A DNA stretch of 64,000 nt, from positions 1 through 64,000 of the forward strand of contig CAVUXE010000058.1 in the NCBI GenBank assembly GCA_963745235.1. Reading direction: 5' to 3'. Source of the DNA: an uncultured Spirochaetota bacterium (lineage in GTDB: Bacteria > Spirochaetota > Spirochaetia > SZUA-6 > Fen-1364). Shown here in pieces: positions 20,211 to 30,761 of the stretch. The position numbers were made by a program, and so were the translations under genes. The notes under the pieces are model-generated. The model ran no database searches, was not told the origin of the DNA, and saw only the letters and a program-made list of their open reading frames with translations. The first letter of the stretch is position 1; each line of letters begins with the position of its first letter.

Positions 20211-20928
20211 TTGGGGATTCCCGGAGGAAGGACGGGAAATCGGGAACGGTGTACTCTGTCGCGGAGGACCGTCCCCGACCCCCAAACCAACACAGTACTT
20301 ATACTCGACAGTTCTGAGAAAGACTATAGCCCCGCCGAAGTTTGGCGCCGGTGGCGGAGGCCTGCCCCTTCGCTGCGTTGCCCTGCCTGTGGGACTGAGG
20401 GCCAGTTCCATCGTCACGGCAGCTATCACAAGTACCACTTCTTCGAACGGATCCGCGTCGTGCGGGTACGCTGTGGACACTGTCGGCGCACTCACGCGCT
20501 GATCCCCAGCTTCTCGTTGCCCGGACTATCCATCGGCAGCGCGGAGGCCGAGCGCTACCTGGCCGCCCGGGAGGAGGGGGCGAGCCGCGGATGTGCCGCC
20601 GGGGAGCTTCTGGCCCGTGGCATGAGCCAGAGCTATCCCAAACGCTTGGAGCGAATGCTGGTCACGACGGTCACCCGTGGCAAGGCGCTGCTGGCTGCCC
20701 CGGGCAGAGAGCGGCTGCAAGGGCTATGCGTGGGTGCGTTCGGTTGTGGGCGATCTCGATCACCCCCTGGTGGAGCTGAATCGGTTCGGCCTGGCGCATG
20801 GGGTCAACGGAATGTGTTTGTGCCGCGCTTCGATCTTGCTTTTCTCCTCCTCGGTTCAAAGGAGGCGTGTTTCACATAACAAGGGCACTGCCCAGGAGGA
20901 GACTACCGCGGTAGCCTCAAGCCCATGA
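20211..20928 (+). CDS. Transposon orfA, zinc-ribbon (DUF6431-like) protein; frameshift near 20722, start uncertain
   Basis: CPACG...HRHGSY...RVRCGHCRRTHALIP, continuing in ORF 20677-20928. Confidence 0.7.
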
Positions 20929-20951
20929 GAAAGACGGCAAGGAGGCAGTGC

Positions 20952-22326
20952 ATGAATCACGAGGAGCGCGAAGTTCGGGCCAAGGAGATTGCAGCATTTC
21001 GCTACAGCCTGATCGCGGAGCTGGCCAACCCGTACCTCAAGCGCGAGGAGCTACGGGCGCTGATGCGCCAGAAAGCAGGGCGGGAGCATGAGATTCCCTT
21101 CCTGGGCAAGCGCACCTTGACGGAGAGCTGCCTACGCAAGTGGCTGACAGCCTATAAGGCTCGAGGCATGGAGGGCCTGATGCCCAACCCCCGCCGAGAC
21201 AGTGGCAGTTCTCGTGCGCTGAGCCCGCAGGAGACGGCGCTTCTGGTCACCGAGCTTGAGACTCACCCGGAGCTCACCGCGACGGCCGCCTTGAAGAAGT
21301 TGCAGGCCCAAGGCGGCATCCAGTCCCACCCTTCCAGCTCCTCCCTGTCGCGGCTTGTGCGCTCGGCGGGGTTGGATCGCGAGGGACGCCTGCGAGTGCA
21401 CCAGCAGGAACAGACACTGCCCTTCGAGTTCTTTGCCCCCCTGGAATGCGTGCAGGTCGATTGCATGTACACCGTGGAAGTGCCTGACTCCAAGGGCAGG
21501 CTGCGCCAGGCGGTGCTGCTGGCATTCCTGGATGATGCCACCCGAAGGATTCTCTATGCCTGCTTCGGCTTCAGCGAGAATGCACTGGCCTTCGAGTGCG
21601 GCATCAAACACGTGCTGGCCGCCCACGGCAAGATCGGACGCCTATACACAGATAACGGGGCGGGGTTTGTTTCGCTGCAAACACGCCGCATCCTGGACAT
21701 CCTGGGCATCGTGCTGGTGCACTCACGTCCCTACAGGCCCAAGGGACGTGGAAAGATCGAGCGCTTCTTCCGAACCGTACGGCAACAATTTCTCAGCACC
21801 CACTGTGAATCACTGGCCAGCCTCCAGGACCTGGACGCACGGTTTCATACCTGGCTGGAAAGTGAGTACCACCGAAGCCCTCATCGCGGTCTGGGCGGCA
21901 GGACCCCGCTGGAGCTGTGGCTGGAGAAGGCTCATCTGATCATTCCCATCGACCCCACGGTGAACCTCGACGAGCTTGTTCAAGCACGAGGACATCCGCA
22001 AGGTGCACAAGGATTCCACCGTCACCCTCCACGGGGTGCTCTACGAGGTGGACTCCACTCTCATCGGCGAGCACATCCACCTGCGCTACGACGTCTCCAT
22101 TCCTCCCCTGCGTCGCCGAGTCGTGGTCTTGCTTGACGGCAAGCCCCGTGCAGATGCCCGCATCGTGGATACCTACGCCAATAGTCGCGTCCGACGCGCC
22201 TTCAACTCCGACCAGTTGGTTGTGGAAAAGCAACCCAGCCAGTCTCCACAACCATCCACCACACCGGTGAGTGCCTCTTTGGCGGCCTCCCGACTACTCG
22301 ATACCTCCAAGGAGCAGCGTTCATGA
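20952..22326 (+). CDS. DDE integrase/transposase with HTH and Mu-transposase-like C-terminus; frameshift near 21976
   Basis: QVDCM, FLDDATR, YTDNG and RPYRPKGRGKIERFF motifs. C-terminal RKVHKDSTVTLHGVLYEV in the second frame. Confidence 0.9.
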
Positions 22327-23126
22327 ACTGGAAAGAGATGCTCAGCTACTACAGCCTGACTCAGTTGCCCTTCGGCAAGGAGATCCCCACCGAATCCCTG
22401 CAGCTTCTGCCCTCGGTGGAGAACAATCTCGCTGCCGCCCGGCTTCTGGTCGACACGCACGGCATCGGAGTGATGGTCGGCAAATCGGGCACAGGCAAGA
22501 GCTGCCTCTTGCGCCTGCTGGTCTCCCGGCTGCCCGCAGGTCTTTTCAAACCCCTGTATCTCTGCCACACCTCTGTGGGCATCCTGGAGTTCTACACCCA
22601 CCTGTGCGCGCTTTTCGGTCTGTCCTCATCCTGCCGTCGCGCAGTCATGTTCCGCGACATCCAAGCCCACATCCTCTCGATGAACAGTTCGCGCCACTTG
22701 CATCCGGTATTGCTCATCGATGAAGCGCACCTTTTGAGCAATGAGATTCTGGCTGAGATCCGACTGCTGACCAACTTCCACATCGACTCGCTCAACGCCC
22801 TGACGGTGATGCTCTGCGGAGCGGAGACCCTCTCGTTGCGTTTCGGCTTGTCCATGTTGGAAGCCCTGGCCAACTCCATCACTGTGACCATTCCGCTGGA
22901 GGGACTCCCTCCTGAAGAGAGCATCAGTTTCATCGAAGGTCGTCTCAGCGCTTGTGGAGCACGGACGCCTCTGTTTACCAAGAATGCCCTCACCCTCGTT
23001 CATCAGGCATCCGGCGGCATTCTTCGTACCATCGGTACCATCGCCAACGCCGCGCTATTCAAGGCTTTCGTTGCCAAGAGCACTCAGGTGGAAGCCGAGC
23101 ATGTGCAGTCTGTGGTGCAACGATGA
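22323..23126 (+). CDS. ExeA/TnsC/MuB-like AAA+ ATPase of the transposon
   Basis: Walker A GKSGTGKS, Walker B LLIDEAH. ATGA overlap with the transposase stop. Confidence 0.88.
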   Translation: MNWKEMLSYYSLTQLPFGKEIPTESLQLLPSVENNLAAARLLVDTHGIGVMVGKSGTGKSCLLRLLVSRLPAGLFKPLYLCHTSVGILEFYTHLCALFGLSSSCRRAVMFRDIQAHILSMNSSRHLHPVLLIDEAHLLSNEILAEIRLLTNFHIDSLNALTVMLCGAETLSLRFGLSMLEALANSITVTIPLEGLPPEESISFIEGRLSACGARTPLFTKNALTLVHQASGGILRTIGTIANAALFKAFVAKSTQVEAEHVQSVVQR

Positions 23127-23218
23127 GCCTTTTAAAGCGGGAATTGTATCCTGTCAATGCGGCAAAATACGCGCACGGGAACGTGGGAATCCCGCGGACC
23201 AGAGTGCGGCAGCTAACA

Positions 23219-23542
23219 CTCGCCACGGTCGGCATGAGCGGGGTGTTTCCCATCTGGATGAGGGGCACGAAGGAGCTCGCGAAGTCGCTTATCTCGCTCG
23301 GATTCAAGGCGATCACGACCTGCGTCGACACCAACGTGCTTGGGAAGGAGTTTGTTGGCCGAGTCATCGACGAGGAATTCCTGGCGGACCTTCCAGCCTT
23401 CGTCGATCCGTGTGGTGAGAACGGCGAGTACCACTCGTTTGTCTTCGACGGGCCGATCTTCGGCGGGGCGGTACGATTCTCCGTTGGGGAGAAGGTTCTG
23501 CGGGACGAGCGTTTCTATTTCTGCGACTTGGTACCCGAGTAG
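23219..23542 (+). pseudogene. DUF71/diphthine-ammonia-ligase-like ATPase, 3' half
   Basis: LATVGMSGVFPIW...VDPCGENGEYHSFVFDGPIF. Confidence 0.85.
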
Positions 23543-23669
23543 GGCGACCGTTTCCAGTCCGATCAGATCGAATGCTGAGGCGGTGAGCGCCGACTCAGAA
23601 TTGACCCACGGCCGCGAGGAGAGGAGAAGGGGGCGCTGCCCGCTCTGCCTTCCCCATAGAGGGAGCCGA

Positions 23670-23831
23670 TCACTTTGCCCAACGTCCAGTAGTCTGAATG
23701 ACCATTTCCGAAGAAGGGATATTGATGCTGAAGTAGCCACTTTCCTTGATCCCTCGATTCGTAAAGTCCGCTCCAGCAATCACAGTGGAAAACGGACCGA
23801 AGGGGTAGTTGCTGATTTTGGCTTTCGCCAT
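23670..23831 (-). pseudogene. Internally deleted flavin reductase (flavoredoxin-like) remnant
   Basis: AGGAGG RBS, then MAKAKISNYPFGPFSTVIAGA joined directly to TNRGIKESGYFSINIPS, then degenerates. Confidence 0.55.
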
Positions 23832-24023
23832 AGAGAGGCCTCCTGGGAGTAATCCTGGGCTTGTGAATCCGAACGTGACCGTCTCAGCTTCATGGCTGTC
23901 GTCGTCGCGCATGAACGCGAGAAGCTCGGCTCGGGCCATAAGAAAGCTGATCCAGGACCATCGCAAATTGATACTTGCTCAGGCCGCCTTCGCGCATCAA
24001 TAATTCCCCCAGGAGGCCGCACT

Positions 24024-24326
24024 ATGCCAGAAAATCCCTTGAGCACTGCTCTCGAAATTGACCCGAAAGTTGTGGAGCACATGAGATCCACCGACGAGTG
24101 GGTCTTCTCCGACGGAGCCCTTTCCAAGAAGGTGAAGCTGCTCGTGGCGGTGGCTTTCGACGCGGCTCACGGCGCGGTCGGCGGCGTGAGGGGCTTGGCG
24201 CAGCGCGCGATCAGGGAGGGAGCAACGAAGGAGGAGATTGCTGAGGTTCTTCGTGTCGCCTATGTGATGAATGGAGTCGGAGCCATCTACATTGGATCGC
24301 AGGGCCTCAAGGATGTGATTTCATAG
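24024..24326 (+). CDS. Carboxymuconolactone decarboxylase/AhpD-like protein
   Basis: DGALSKKVKLLVAVA...RAIREGATKEEIAEVL. AGGAGG RBS. Confidence 0.82.
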   Translation: MPENPLSTALEIDPKVVEHMRSTDEWVFSDGALSKKVKLLVAVAFDAAHGAVGGVRGLAQRAIREGATKEEIAEVLRVAYVMNGVGAIYIGSQGLKDVIS

Positions 24327-24348
24327 AGGATTTTTCGCCGGCGTAAGC

Positions 24349-25188
24349 ATGAAAGAAAACCAATCAAGCGATACTGCGTTGGGAGCCTCGGCGATCAGGG
24401 CGGTTCATCAACTGCTCGACGAGAAGCCTCCTATTCTCGAAGACCCGATCTCGCCTTTGGTGATCGGCGATCAGGGCGTCCGCGAGATCTTGGAGCATCC
24501 AGAAAGATACAAAACGCTCTCAGCCAGGGCCCTTCGCTCCCATGTCGTGCTTCGAAGCAGATACGCGGAGGACGAACTACGTCTCGCTTCCGAGTCGGGA
24601 ATCACGCAATTCATCAATCTCGGCGCCGGGTATGACACCTTCGCCTTTCGGCAACCGGAGTGGACTCGCGGGCTGAGGATCGTGGAAATGGACCACCCAG
24701 CGACCCAGGCTGCCAAGCGAAACGCGATTGAGAAGATAGGCTTGCAGATCATGCCAGGCGTAGCTCTCATCCCGTTGGATCTCGAGATAGGCGAGCTTTC
24801 GCTTGCCGTTGCAACGCCCTTCCTGGATCCGTCGCTCCCGACGTTCATCGCCTGTCTCGGCGTTCTGGCATACCTGCGAAGGGCAACCGTGGAAGCCGTT
24901 TTCCATTCCGCTGCGAAGATGCCGAAAGGCAGCAGGCTCTTGTTCGCGTTTGCTCCCCCCGAGACGGATTCTCCGTTCAAGAGCTCAGACGCCGCTTCAA
25001 GGGCTGCCGCGAAGGGCGAGCCATGGCATACGAGGCTTGACGTCGACGAATTGAAGCAGAAGCTGATGGCCAGCAGTTTCAGCGTGGTGCGCTTTCTGGA
25101 TCCCGCGCAAGCCGCGGAGAGATACTACAAGGGGCGGCACGACCTTCCTGCGCCGAGCAAGACGCGGCTTTGCCAGGCGTTCGTCTGA
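24349..25188 (+). CDS. Class I SAM-dependent methyltransferase (LCM/TIGR00027-like)
   Basis: VLRSRYAED, NLGAGYDTFAFR, EMDHPATQ and LGVLAYL motifs. Confidence 0.85.
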   Translation: MKENQSSDTALGASAIRAVHQLLDEKPPILEDPISPLVIGDQGVREILEHPERYKTLSARALRSHVVLRSRYAEDELRLASESGITQFINLGAGYDTFAFRQPEWTRGLRIVEMDHPATQAAKRNAIEKIGLQIMPGVALIPLDLEIGELSLAVATPFLDPSLPTFIACLGVLAYLRRATVEAVFHSAAKMPKGSRLLFAFAPPETDSPFKSSDAASRAAAKGEPWHTRLDVDELKQKLMASSFSVVRFLDPAQAAERYYKGRHDLPAPSKTRLCQAFV

Positions 25189-25201
25189 GGGAACTCCAAA
25201 G

Positions 25202-26086
25202 ATGCAAGATGGTCGAGCGAGTCACACAGCCCGGTACATGGCGCTCTTCCGCGCTATCGAGTCTACCAGACGGCCAGGGCGACGCCTGTTTCACGACCCC
25301 CTTGCCCGTCTATTTCTGAGTCCCAAACTGCGATTGGCCGCCGCAGTAGTGGCGGTCCCTCTGATCGGAAACATTATCCCCTGGATTCTGGACTTGTTCT
25401 GGCCAGGGGCACGAACTTCAGCGATTGCCCGAACCCGTTTCATAGATGATCGCCTTCGGCGTGCGCTTCAGGAAGGGTATAACCAGGTCGTCATCCTTGG
25501 CGCAGGATTCGACAGCCGTCCGTACCGCATGGCGGAGCTGGCAAACACAACGGTAATCGAGGTCGATCATCCAGCGACCTCACGCGAAAAGCAAAGAGCC
25601 TTGAGGAGCGGGATTCACGGGCTGCCTTTGAACGTCCAGTTTCTCGAAATCGACTTCAACACCGAAGGCTTGCAAGATGCGATGCGGCGTGTTGCCTTCG
25701 ATCCCCTTGCACCGACGGTCATTGTCTGGGAGGGGGTGACCAACTATCTCGCAGAAGAAGCGGTCGACTCGACGTTCCAATCGCTCAGGGCGATCTTCGC
25801 ACGATGCCTTGTCCTGTTCACCTACATAAACAGGGCAGTCCTTGAGAGTAGTGGGTCGTTCGATGGGACGTCGAGCGTGGAACAGCGGCTGAAAAAAGTC
25901 GGGGAACGATGGACGTTTGGCTTCGACCCAGCGGCTCTGCCTGTCTACCTGGGCGCTCGTGGATATGACCTTCTTGAGGACGTGGGGTCTGTCCAATACA
26001 GGACGGCTTACCTGCCGACCCGTAGACGGCTTCTTCGCGGCTATGAGTTCTACCGAATAGCGGCTGCACAAAGCGGGGAAGCGTGA
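25202..26086 (+). CDS. Class I SAM-dependent methyltransferase (LCM/TIGR00027-like), second copy
   Basis: RTRFIDD, ILGAGFDSRPYR, EVDHPATS and WEGVTNYL motifs. Confidence 0.85.
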   Translation: MQDGRASHTARYMALFRAIESTRRPGRRLFHDPLARLFLSPKLRLAAAVVAVPLIGNIIPWILDLFWPGARTSAIARTRFIDDRLRRALQEGYNQVVILGAGFDSRPYRMAELANTTVIEVDHPATSREKQRALRSGIHGLPLNVQFLEIDFNTEGLQDAMRRVAFDPLAPTVIVWEGVTNYLAEEAVDSTFQSLRAIFARCLVLFTYINRAVLESSGSFDGTSSVEQRLKKVGERWTFGFDPAALPVYLGARGYDLLEDVGSVQYRTAYLPTRRRLLRGYEFYRIAAAQSGEA

Positions 26087-26180
26087 TCGAAATCGATGCT
26101 CACGATCTCGGGAAGCTTCCTCGTCGAATCACCAGGCGCCCTTGACGACGATGACACATCCCGCTCCCAAGTCTGGCAAA

Positions 26181-26555
26181 TCACACTGACGATTCGACAC
26201 TAACACCCCGCCTCCAGATGGAATGGATATTCAACGTGTCAGTAATGTTGGTGGTTGGATCGCCTTTGACCAACAACAAGTCTGCTCTGGCACCACGCGC
26301 TACGCGGCCGCGGTCCGTGAGCCCGAAGCGACGGGCAGGGACCGAGGTGGCCGATCGAAGCGCCTCAACGGGAGTGAGGCCGGCAGCAACCAGGAGCTGG
26401 AGTTCATGATGTAAGCTCGCGCCATGGGCGAGTCCTCCAGGGATGGGAAGAGGCTCCGAGACGTCACTGCCAGCAAGAATGTCCACACCTGCCTTGTGGA
26501 GGGCCATGACACTGGCGGAGGCCTCTTTCATCTTGCCTTGAGGATAGACATTCAT
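26181..26555 (-). pseudogene. C-terminal fragment of an amidohydrolase-family gene
   Basis: ILAGSD, HHELQLLVAAGLTPVEALRSAT and GARADLLLVKGDP motifs. The N-terminal metal-binding part is absent. Confidence 0.7.
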
Positions 26556-26680
26556 GCTTCGCCCGGACCATGACGATGGTTCACGTGAGGTTCACGAGGC
26601 CGGGTGGACCGTAGTGGACCTTTCGCCTCAAATGTGAACCGCAGGGGGATCGCTACTTGGCTGACTGCCGTAGGAGCGGA

Positions 26681-27127
26681 CTACTGGTTGTTCTGCCTTT
26701 GAAGCCTCACCGAGACAAGACAGACCTGAACGAAGTAGAGCGAGAAAGCGACCAGGAAGCCCGTCGCCATGCCATGCGAGTAGCCGTCGTTCTTGAATCC
26801 TGACAAGGTGAAAAGGACGCCGTTGACAGCCGAAAGAGTCGTACCCAGGAAAGCGATGATTCCGATGACGACCACGCTCCTCGTCTTCGTCACGAGGGAG
26901 AACACGAGACCGGCGATCGCGGCCACAACGAGCAAGGTCCCCAACACGGCATGAGTGAGAGCCTCTCCGCCTATCGAAGCGAGGATCTTCCAGAGGTCGG
27001 CAAAGCCAACGGGTGGAACCTCTTTGAGGTTCGGCGAAAGGTTTACTACCATTCCGAGTTCAAACTGGAGAGCAAGCAGGGCAAGCAAGACGATGACGGC
27101 AACACGAAGGGACTTCAGGTTGCGCAT
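26681..27127 (-). CDS. Small four-TM membrane protein, unknown function
   Basis: Four hydrophobic segments, AGAGGA RBS, His residues in TM2 and TM4. Confidence 0.65.
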   Translation of the reverse strand: MRNLKSLRVAVIVLLALLALQFELGMVVNLSPNLKEVPPVGFADLWKILASIGGEALTHAVLGTLLVVAAIAGLVFSLVTKTRSVVVIGIIAFLGTTLSAVNGVLFTLSGFKNDGYSHGMATGFLVAFSLYFVQVCLVSVRLQRQNNQ

Positions 27128-27464
27128 GAGAGGTCCTCTATGCTGAAAGCTACTCACCGAGCCATCGAAAACCAAGGGGACTGTGCCGTGCCTGAAGAGC
27201 CGCGCGGTTTCGAACGACGAATGCCCTCACGGTCGTTCGGAAATGCTGACGAGCCCGGGTGTTCCAGGGAGTGGAACACCTTTCGTTCCAGTGGAACACG
27301 CCTGGCCTGCATCGTTCACCTCCCGACACATTTCAATTCGGTCTGGCGACTCAATGCGCGATGCCTAAGTCACATAGCCGTATTAATTGCAACCCTCTGC
27401 CCCTGTCCCCATCCGATTGTTGCTGTGCATGCCTGCTTGGCCCCGCATTTGCTCCCAATGCGGC

Positions 27465-29291
27465 ATGCGGAACATGAAACTCCTCCCCAGGCTCCTTGGA
27501 GGATTCGTCCTTGTTGCCTTGATAGTGGTGGGAGTGGGCTACTTCGGAGTCACCGGGAGCGCGCGCCTCTCGGGCCAGCTCGACGCGGTGGGCAAGGTAG
27601 TCCTTCCGAGCGCAACGGGCATCCTGAGGATGCGGCTTGCGATGTCGGAAATCCACTCGAGCGAACAGGCCCTTCTGAGAAAAGGACTGGGTGACTCAGA
27701 GAGGGCTGACGCGTACTCCATGATCGCCTCTGCAAAGCAGGAGCTGGACAAGGCCCGGGATGCCTACAACGCCATTCCAAAAACGCCGGCAGAAAAGGCG
27801 CTTTGGGACAGGTTCAACTCGACGTGGGATTCCTGGTGGAAAGTGCACCTTGCCTTCGAGGACCTGGAGAAAGACCACAGGGCCCGGCCATTCGACCAGC
27901 TGGCAGACATGGTGTACGACCAGACCATCTCGCAGACCCTTGACCAGGCAGCGGTACCCTTCGACGCGCTGACCAAGATCCTGGCGGACATCGACCTGCT
28001 GCAATTCCAGTATGCCGCCGCGGCTCTCAGCTCCGGCGCCAGGGCCACCGCACAGGTGCGGCTTGCGACGGCCGCGGGCTTCGCGGCCGGTCCCCTTCTT
28101 GCCCTTCTCTTCGGGTTCCTGATCGCCATCTCCATCTCCCGGCCGCTCGCAAAAGGCGTCGCGTTTGCGGAAAACGTTGCCCGTGGAGACCTGACTCAGC
28201 GCCTGGAGATTGCGCGGAAAGACGAGGTGGGGAAACTGGCCGTTGCCCTCAACAGCATGGTGGAAAAGCTGAACGGGCTGATGAAGGGCATCCAGGAGAG
28301 CGCGCACAAGGTTGCCTCCTCGAGTGAGGCCCTGAGCACGGCGGCCTCCCGCCTCTCCGAGGGAGCGCAGACCCAGGCGTCCACCCTCGAGGAGACGAGC
28401 GCTTCCGTGGAAGAGCTGACAGCCTCTGTGGACCAGGTCTCGGAGCATGCGCAGGCGCAGGCGGCGGCCGTCGAGCAGGGCACCAGCTCCATGACGCAGG
28501 TGCACACCGCCATCGAGGATGTGACGCAGAGCCTCAGCGCGATAGCGGATCTGGCGGAGAAATCCGTGGAGAAGTCTGTCGAGGGGGCCCGGGCGGTCCA
28601 GGAGGTTGCCAGGGGCATCGGCTTGATTGCCGAAGGCTCCGGGAAGATCGGGGGGATCGTTTCCGTGATCTCCGACATCGCTGACCAGACAAACCTGCTG
28701 GCCCTGAACGCCTCCATCGAAGCAGCGCGCGCGGGGGAGCACGGGCGGGGATTTGCCGTCGTTGCGGAAGAGGTCAGCAAGCTTGCGGACAGGAGCTCAG
28801 CGTCCACAAAAGAAATCGAATCGCTGATCCGGGACAGCGAAAGGAACGTGACCAGGGGAGTGCAGACGGCGCAGGGATCGCAGGACGCCATGGACCAGAT
28901 ACGAGCTACCTCCGAGACGGTGAGGGGGATGATTGCCGGGCTCTCACAATCCATGGCGAAACAGCTGGCGGCGGTCAGAGAGCTGGCAAACGCGTTGACG
29001 AACGTCAACGAGATGAGCCGGAGCATCTCCGCGGCGACCGAGGAGCAGACGACGAACGCGAAGCAGGTCTCGAAAGCCGTGGAGAGCGTGAACGATGTGA
29101 CCCAGGCTGCCGCCGCTTCAGCCGAAGAGATGTCAGGCGCCACAGATGAAATGTTGCTGATGGCGCAGGACCTGCAGAGACTCGTGGCGCAGTTCCGCGT
29201 TGCCGAGGGAGCGGGCCCGGCGCCGGCGCTGGGTCTGGGGCAACCGCGGACGCCGAGCCTGGTTGCCGACGGGCCCGGCCAAGCTGTATAG
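27465..29291 (+). CDS. Methyl-accepting chemotaxis protein (four-helix-bundle sensor, HAMP, signalling domain)
   Basis: Two TM segments, [52 protein letters not shown]. Confidence 0.92.
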   Translation: MRNMKLLPRLLGGFVLVALIVVGVGYFGVTGSARLSGQLDAVGKVVLPSATGILRMRLAMSEIHSSEQALLRKGLGDSERADAYSMIASAKQELDKARDAYNAIPKTPAEKALWDRFNSTWDSWWKVHLAFEDLEKDHRARPFDQLADMVYDQTISQTLDQAAVPFDALTKILADIDLLQFQYAAAALSSGARATAQVRLATAAGFAAGPLLALLFGFLIAISISRPLAKGVAFAENVARGDLTQRLEIARKDEVGKLAVALNSMVEKLNGLMKGIQESAHKVASSSEALSTAASRLSEGAQTQASTLEETSASVEELTASVDQVSEHAQAQAAAVEQGTSSMTQVHTAIEDVTQSLSAIADLAEKSVEKSVEGARAVQEVARGIGLIAEGSGKIGGIVSVISDIADQTNLLALNASIEAARAGEHGRGFAVVAEEVSKLADRSSASTKEIESLIRDSERNVTRGVQTAQGSQDAMDQIRATSETVRGMIAGLSQSMAKQLAAVRELANALTNVNEMSRSISAATEEQTTNAKQVSKAVESVNDVTQAAAASAEEMSGATDEMLLMAQDLQRLVAQFRVAEGAGPAPALGLGQPRTPSLVADGPGQAV

Positions 29292-29402
29292 TATAAAGCA
29301 TATATTTACGGCGCTTGACTCGAATCGCCCCGCGATATACCGTGGCATGCGGATCGCTGCGCGCAAGCGGTTCGTAACTCACGTCGAAAAAGGAATTGCA
29401 GG

Positions 29403-30749
29403 GTGAACGCAACGAAGGAAGTCCAGCTTCTCGAAAACTCGCAGGTGAAGCTCACCATCCGGGTCCCGACGGAGGATGTCAGGAAGCAGTACGACGACAT
29501 CCTCAAGGAGTACACGGAGAAGGCCCACCTGAAAGGCTTTCGGCCCGGCAAGGTCCCCGCGGACATCATTGTGCGCAAGCTCGGTCCGGCGCTCATGGAC
29601 CAGACAAAGTCCGAGGTGCTGGAGAAAAGCCTCTCCGAGGCCTTTGAGAGCGTGGAGCAGAAGCCCATTCCCTACGCGACGCCAGAGATCAAGGCGGACA
29701 ACGCGCTGGAGCTTGGAAAAGAGTTCGCCTTCGAGGTGATCTACGACACGTGGCCGGCCGTGGAGCTGGGCCCGTACGCGGGCCTGGAGATCGACCAGCC
29801 GCAGTGGGAGATCACGGATGAGGACATTGGCCGGGAGCTCAAGGGCATCCAGGAGCAGAACGCTCTTTTCACCGACAAGGAAAGCGGCGAGGTGGAGAAG
29901 GGCAACATCGTGAACGTGGACTACGTGGAGATGGAGACGGGGGCGGAGAAGCCGGGGACCAAGAGGGAGGCGTTCGTCTTCGAAGTGGGAACGGGATACA
30001 ACGTCTACAAGATTGATGACGAGCTGGTCGGGATGAAGAAGGGGGAGATGAAGACCATCACCAAGATTTTCCCCGAAGACTTCGAGACCGGCGCCCTGGC
30101 TGGAAAAACGGTCAACCTCAGGGTGACGTTGAACAGCATCAAGGAGAAGAAGCTCCCCGAGATCAACGATGAGCTCGCCCAGGACATCAGTGAGAAGTTC
30201 ACCGGTCTCGACGATCTGAAGACCGATATCCGTTCCAAGCTTGAGCAGGCCGTGAAGCAGAACGTCCGTTCGCGCACCGTGTCCCGCATCCTTGACTCGG
30301 TTGTGGAGACATCGAAGATCCCGCTGCCGCAGTCCATTGTGGACTACCAGCTCGAGAACATGTGGCAGGAATACGTCAGCCAGATGCGGATCGAGGAGAA
30401 GAAGCTCGTGGAGCTCCTGGAGACGCAGGGGACCACCATGGAAAGCCTGCGCAAGGACTGGCTGCCGTCCGCGGAAAAGCGGGCGAGGCTCCAGCTCGTC
30501 CTCTCCGAGATCGCCCGCCGGGAGAATATCGCAATCGAGGAAGGCGAGCTGGATGCGGAGATCGCGAAGATGGCGGAGGAGCGCAAGGTCAAGGCCGAAG
30601 AGCTCAAGGAGAGCCTCGCGCGGAGCAACCTCGTGGATTACATGAAGTCGAACCTCAGGATCGACAAGCTCTACGACTTCCTCCTCTCCAAGACCACCCT
30701 GAGGACCGGTGACAAGCGGAAAGTATTGGACATATTGACGGGGAATTAG
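29403..30749 (+). CDS. tig: Trigger factor
   Basis: GFRPGKVP ribosome-binding motif. Lies upstream of clpP. Confidence 0.93.
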   Translation: MNATKEVQLLENSQVKLTIRVPTEDVRKQYDDILKEYTEKAHLKGFRPGKVPADIIVRKLGPALMDQTKSEVLEKSLSEAFESVEQKPIPYATPEIKADNALELGKEFAFEVIYDTWPAVELGPYAGLEIDQPQWEITDEDIGRELKGIQEQNALFTDKESGEVEKGNIVNVDYVEMETGAEKPGTKREAFVFEVGTGYNVYKIDDELVGMKKGEMKTITKIFPEDFETGALAGKTVNLRVTLNSIKEKKLPEINDELAQDISEKFTGLDDLKTDIRSKLEQAVKQNVRSRTVSRILDSVVETSKIPLPQSIVDYQLENMWQEYVSQMRIEEKKLVELLETQGTTMESLRKDWLPSAEKRARLQLVLSEIARRENIAIEEGELDAEIAKMAEERKVKAEELKESLARSNLVDYMKSNLRIDKLYDFLLSKTTLRTGDKRKVLDILTGN

Positions 30750-30761
30750 GTACCATTCAGT

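Larger units (their letters stand above)
20155..23218 (+). mobile_element. Three-gene Mu/Tn7-like transposable element, 3,064 bp
   Basis: Terminal IRs TGTCCGCTGCCGCGCTCTGGT / TGTTAGCTGCCGCACTCTGGT (18/21). 5-bp duplication CTCGC at 20150-20154 and 23219-23223. Removing the element restores the host reading frame. Confidence 0.92.

Noticed and set aside
22323-23126. ExeA-like ATPase as part of a type II secretion system
   Set aside because: It lies inside the transposon ends and is coupled to the transposase, and no other secretion genes are present.
26160-26174. attR-like copy of the tRNA-Gly 3' end (CCCGCTCCCAAGTCT versus CCCGCTCAAGTCT)
   Set aside because: The match is short, needs a 2-nt gap and has no integrase nearby, so it is compatible with chance.
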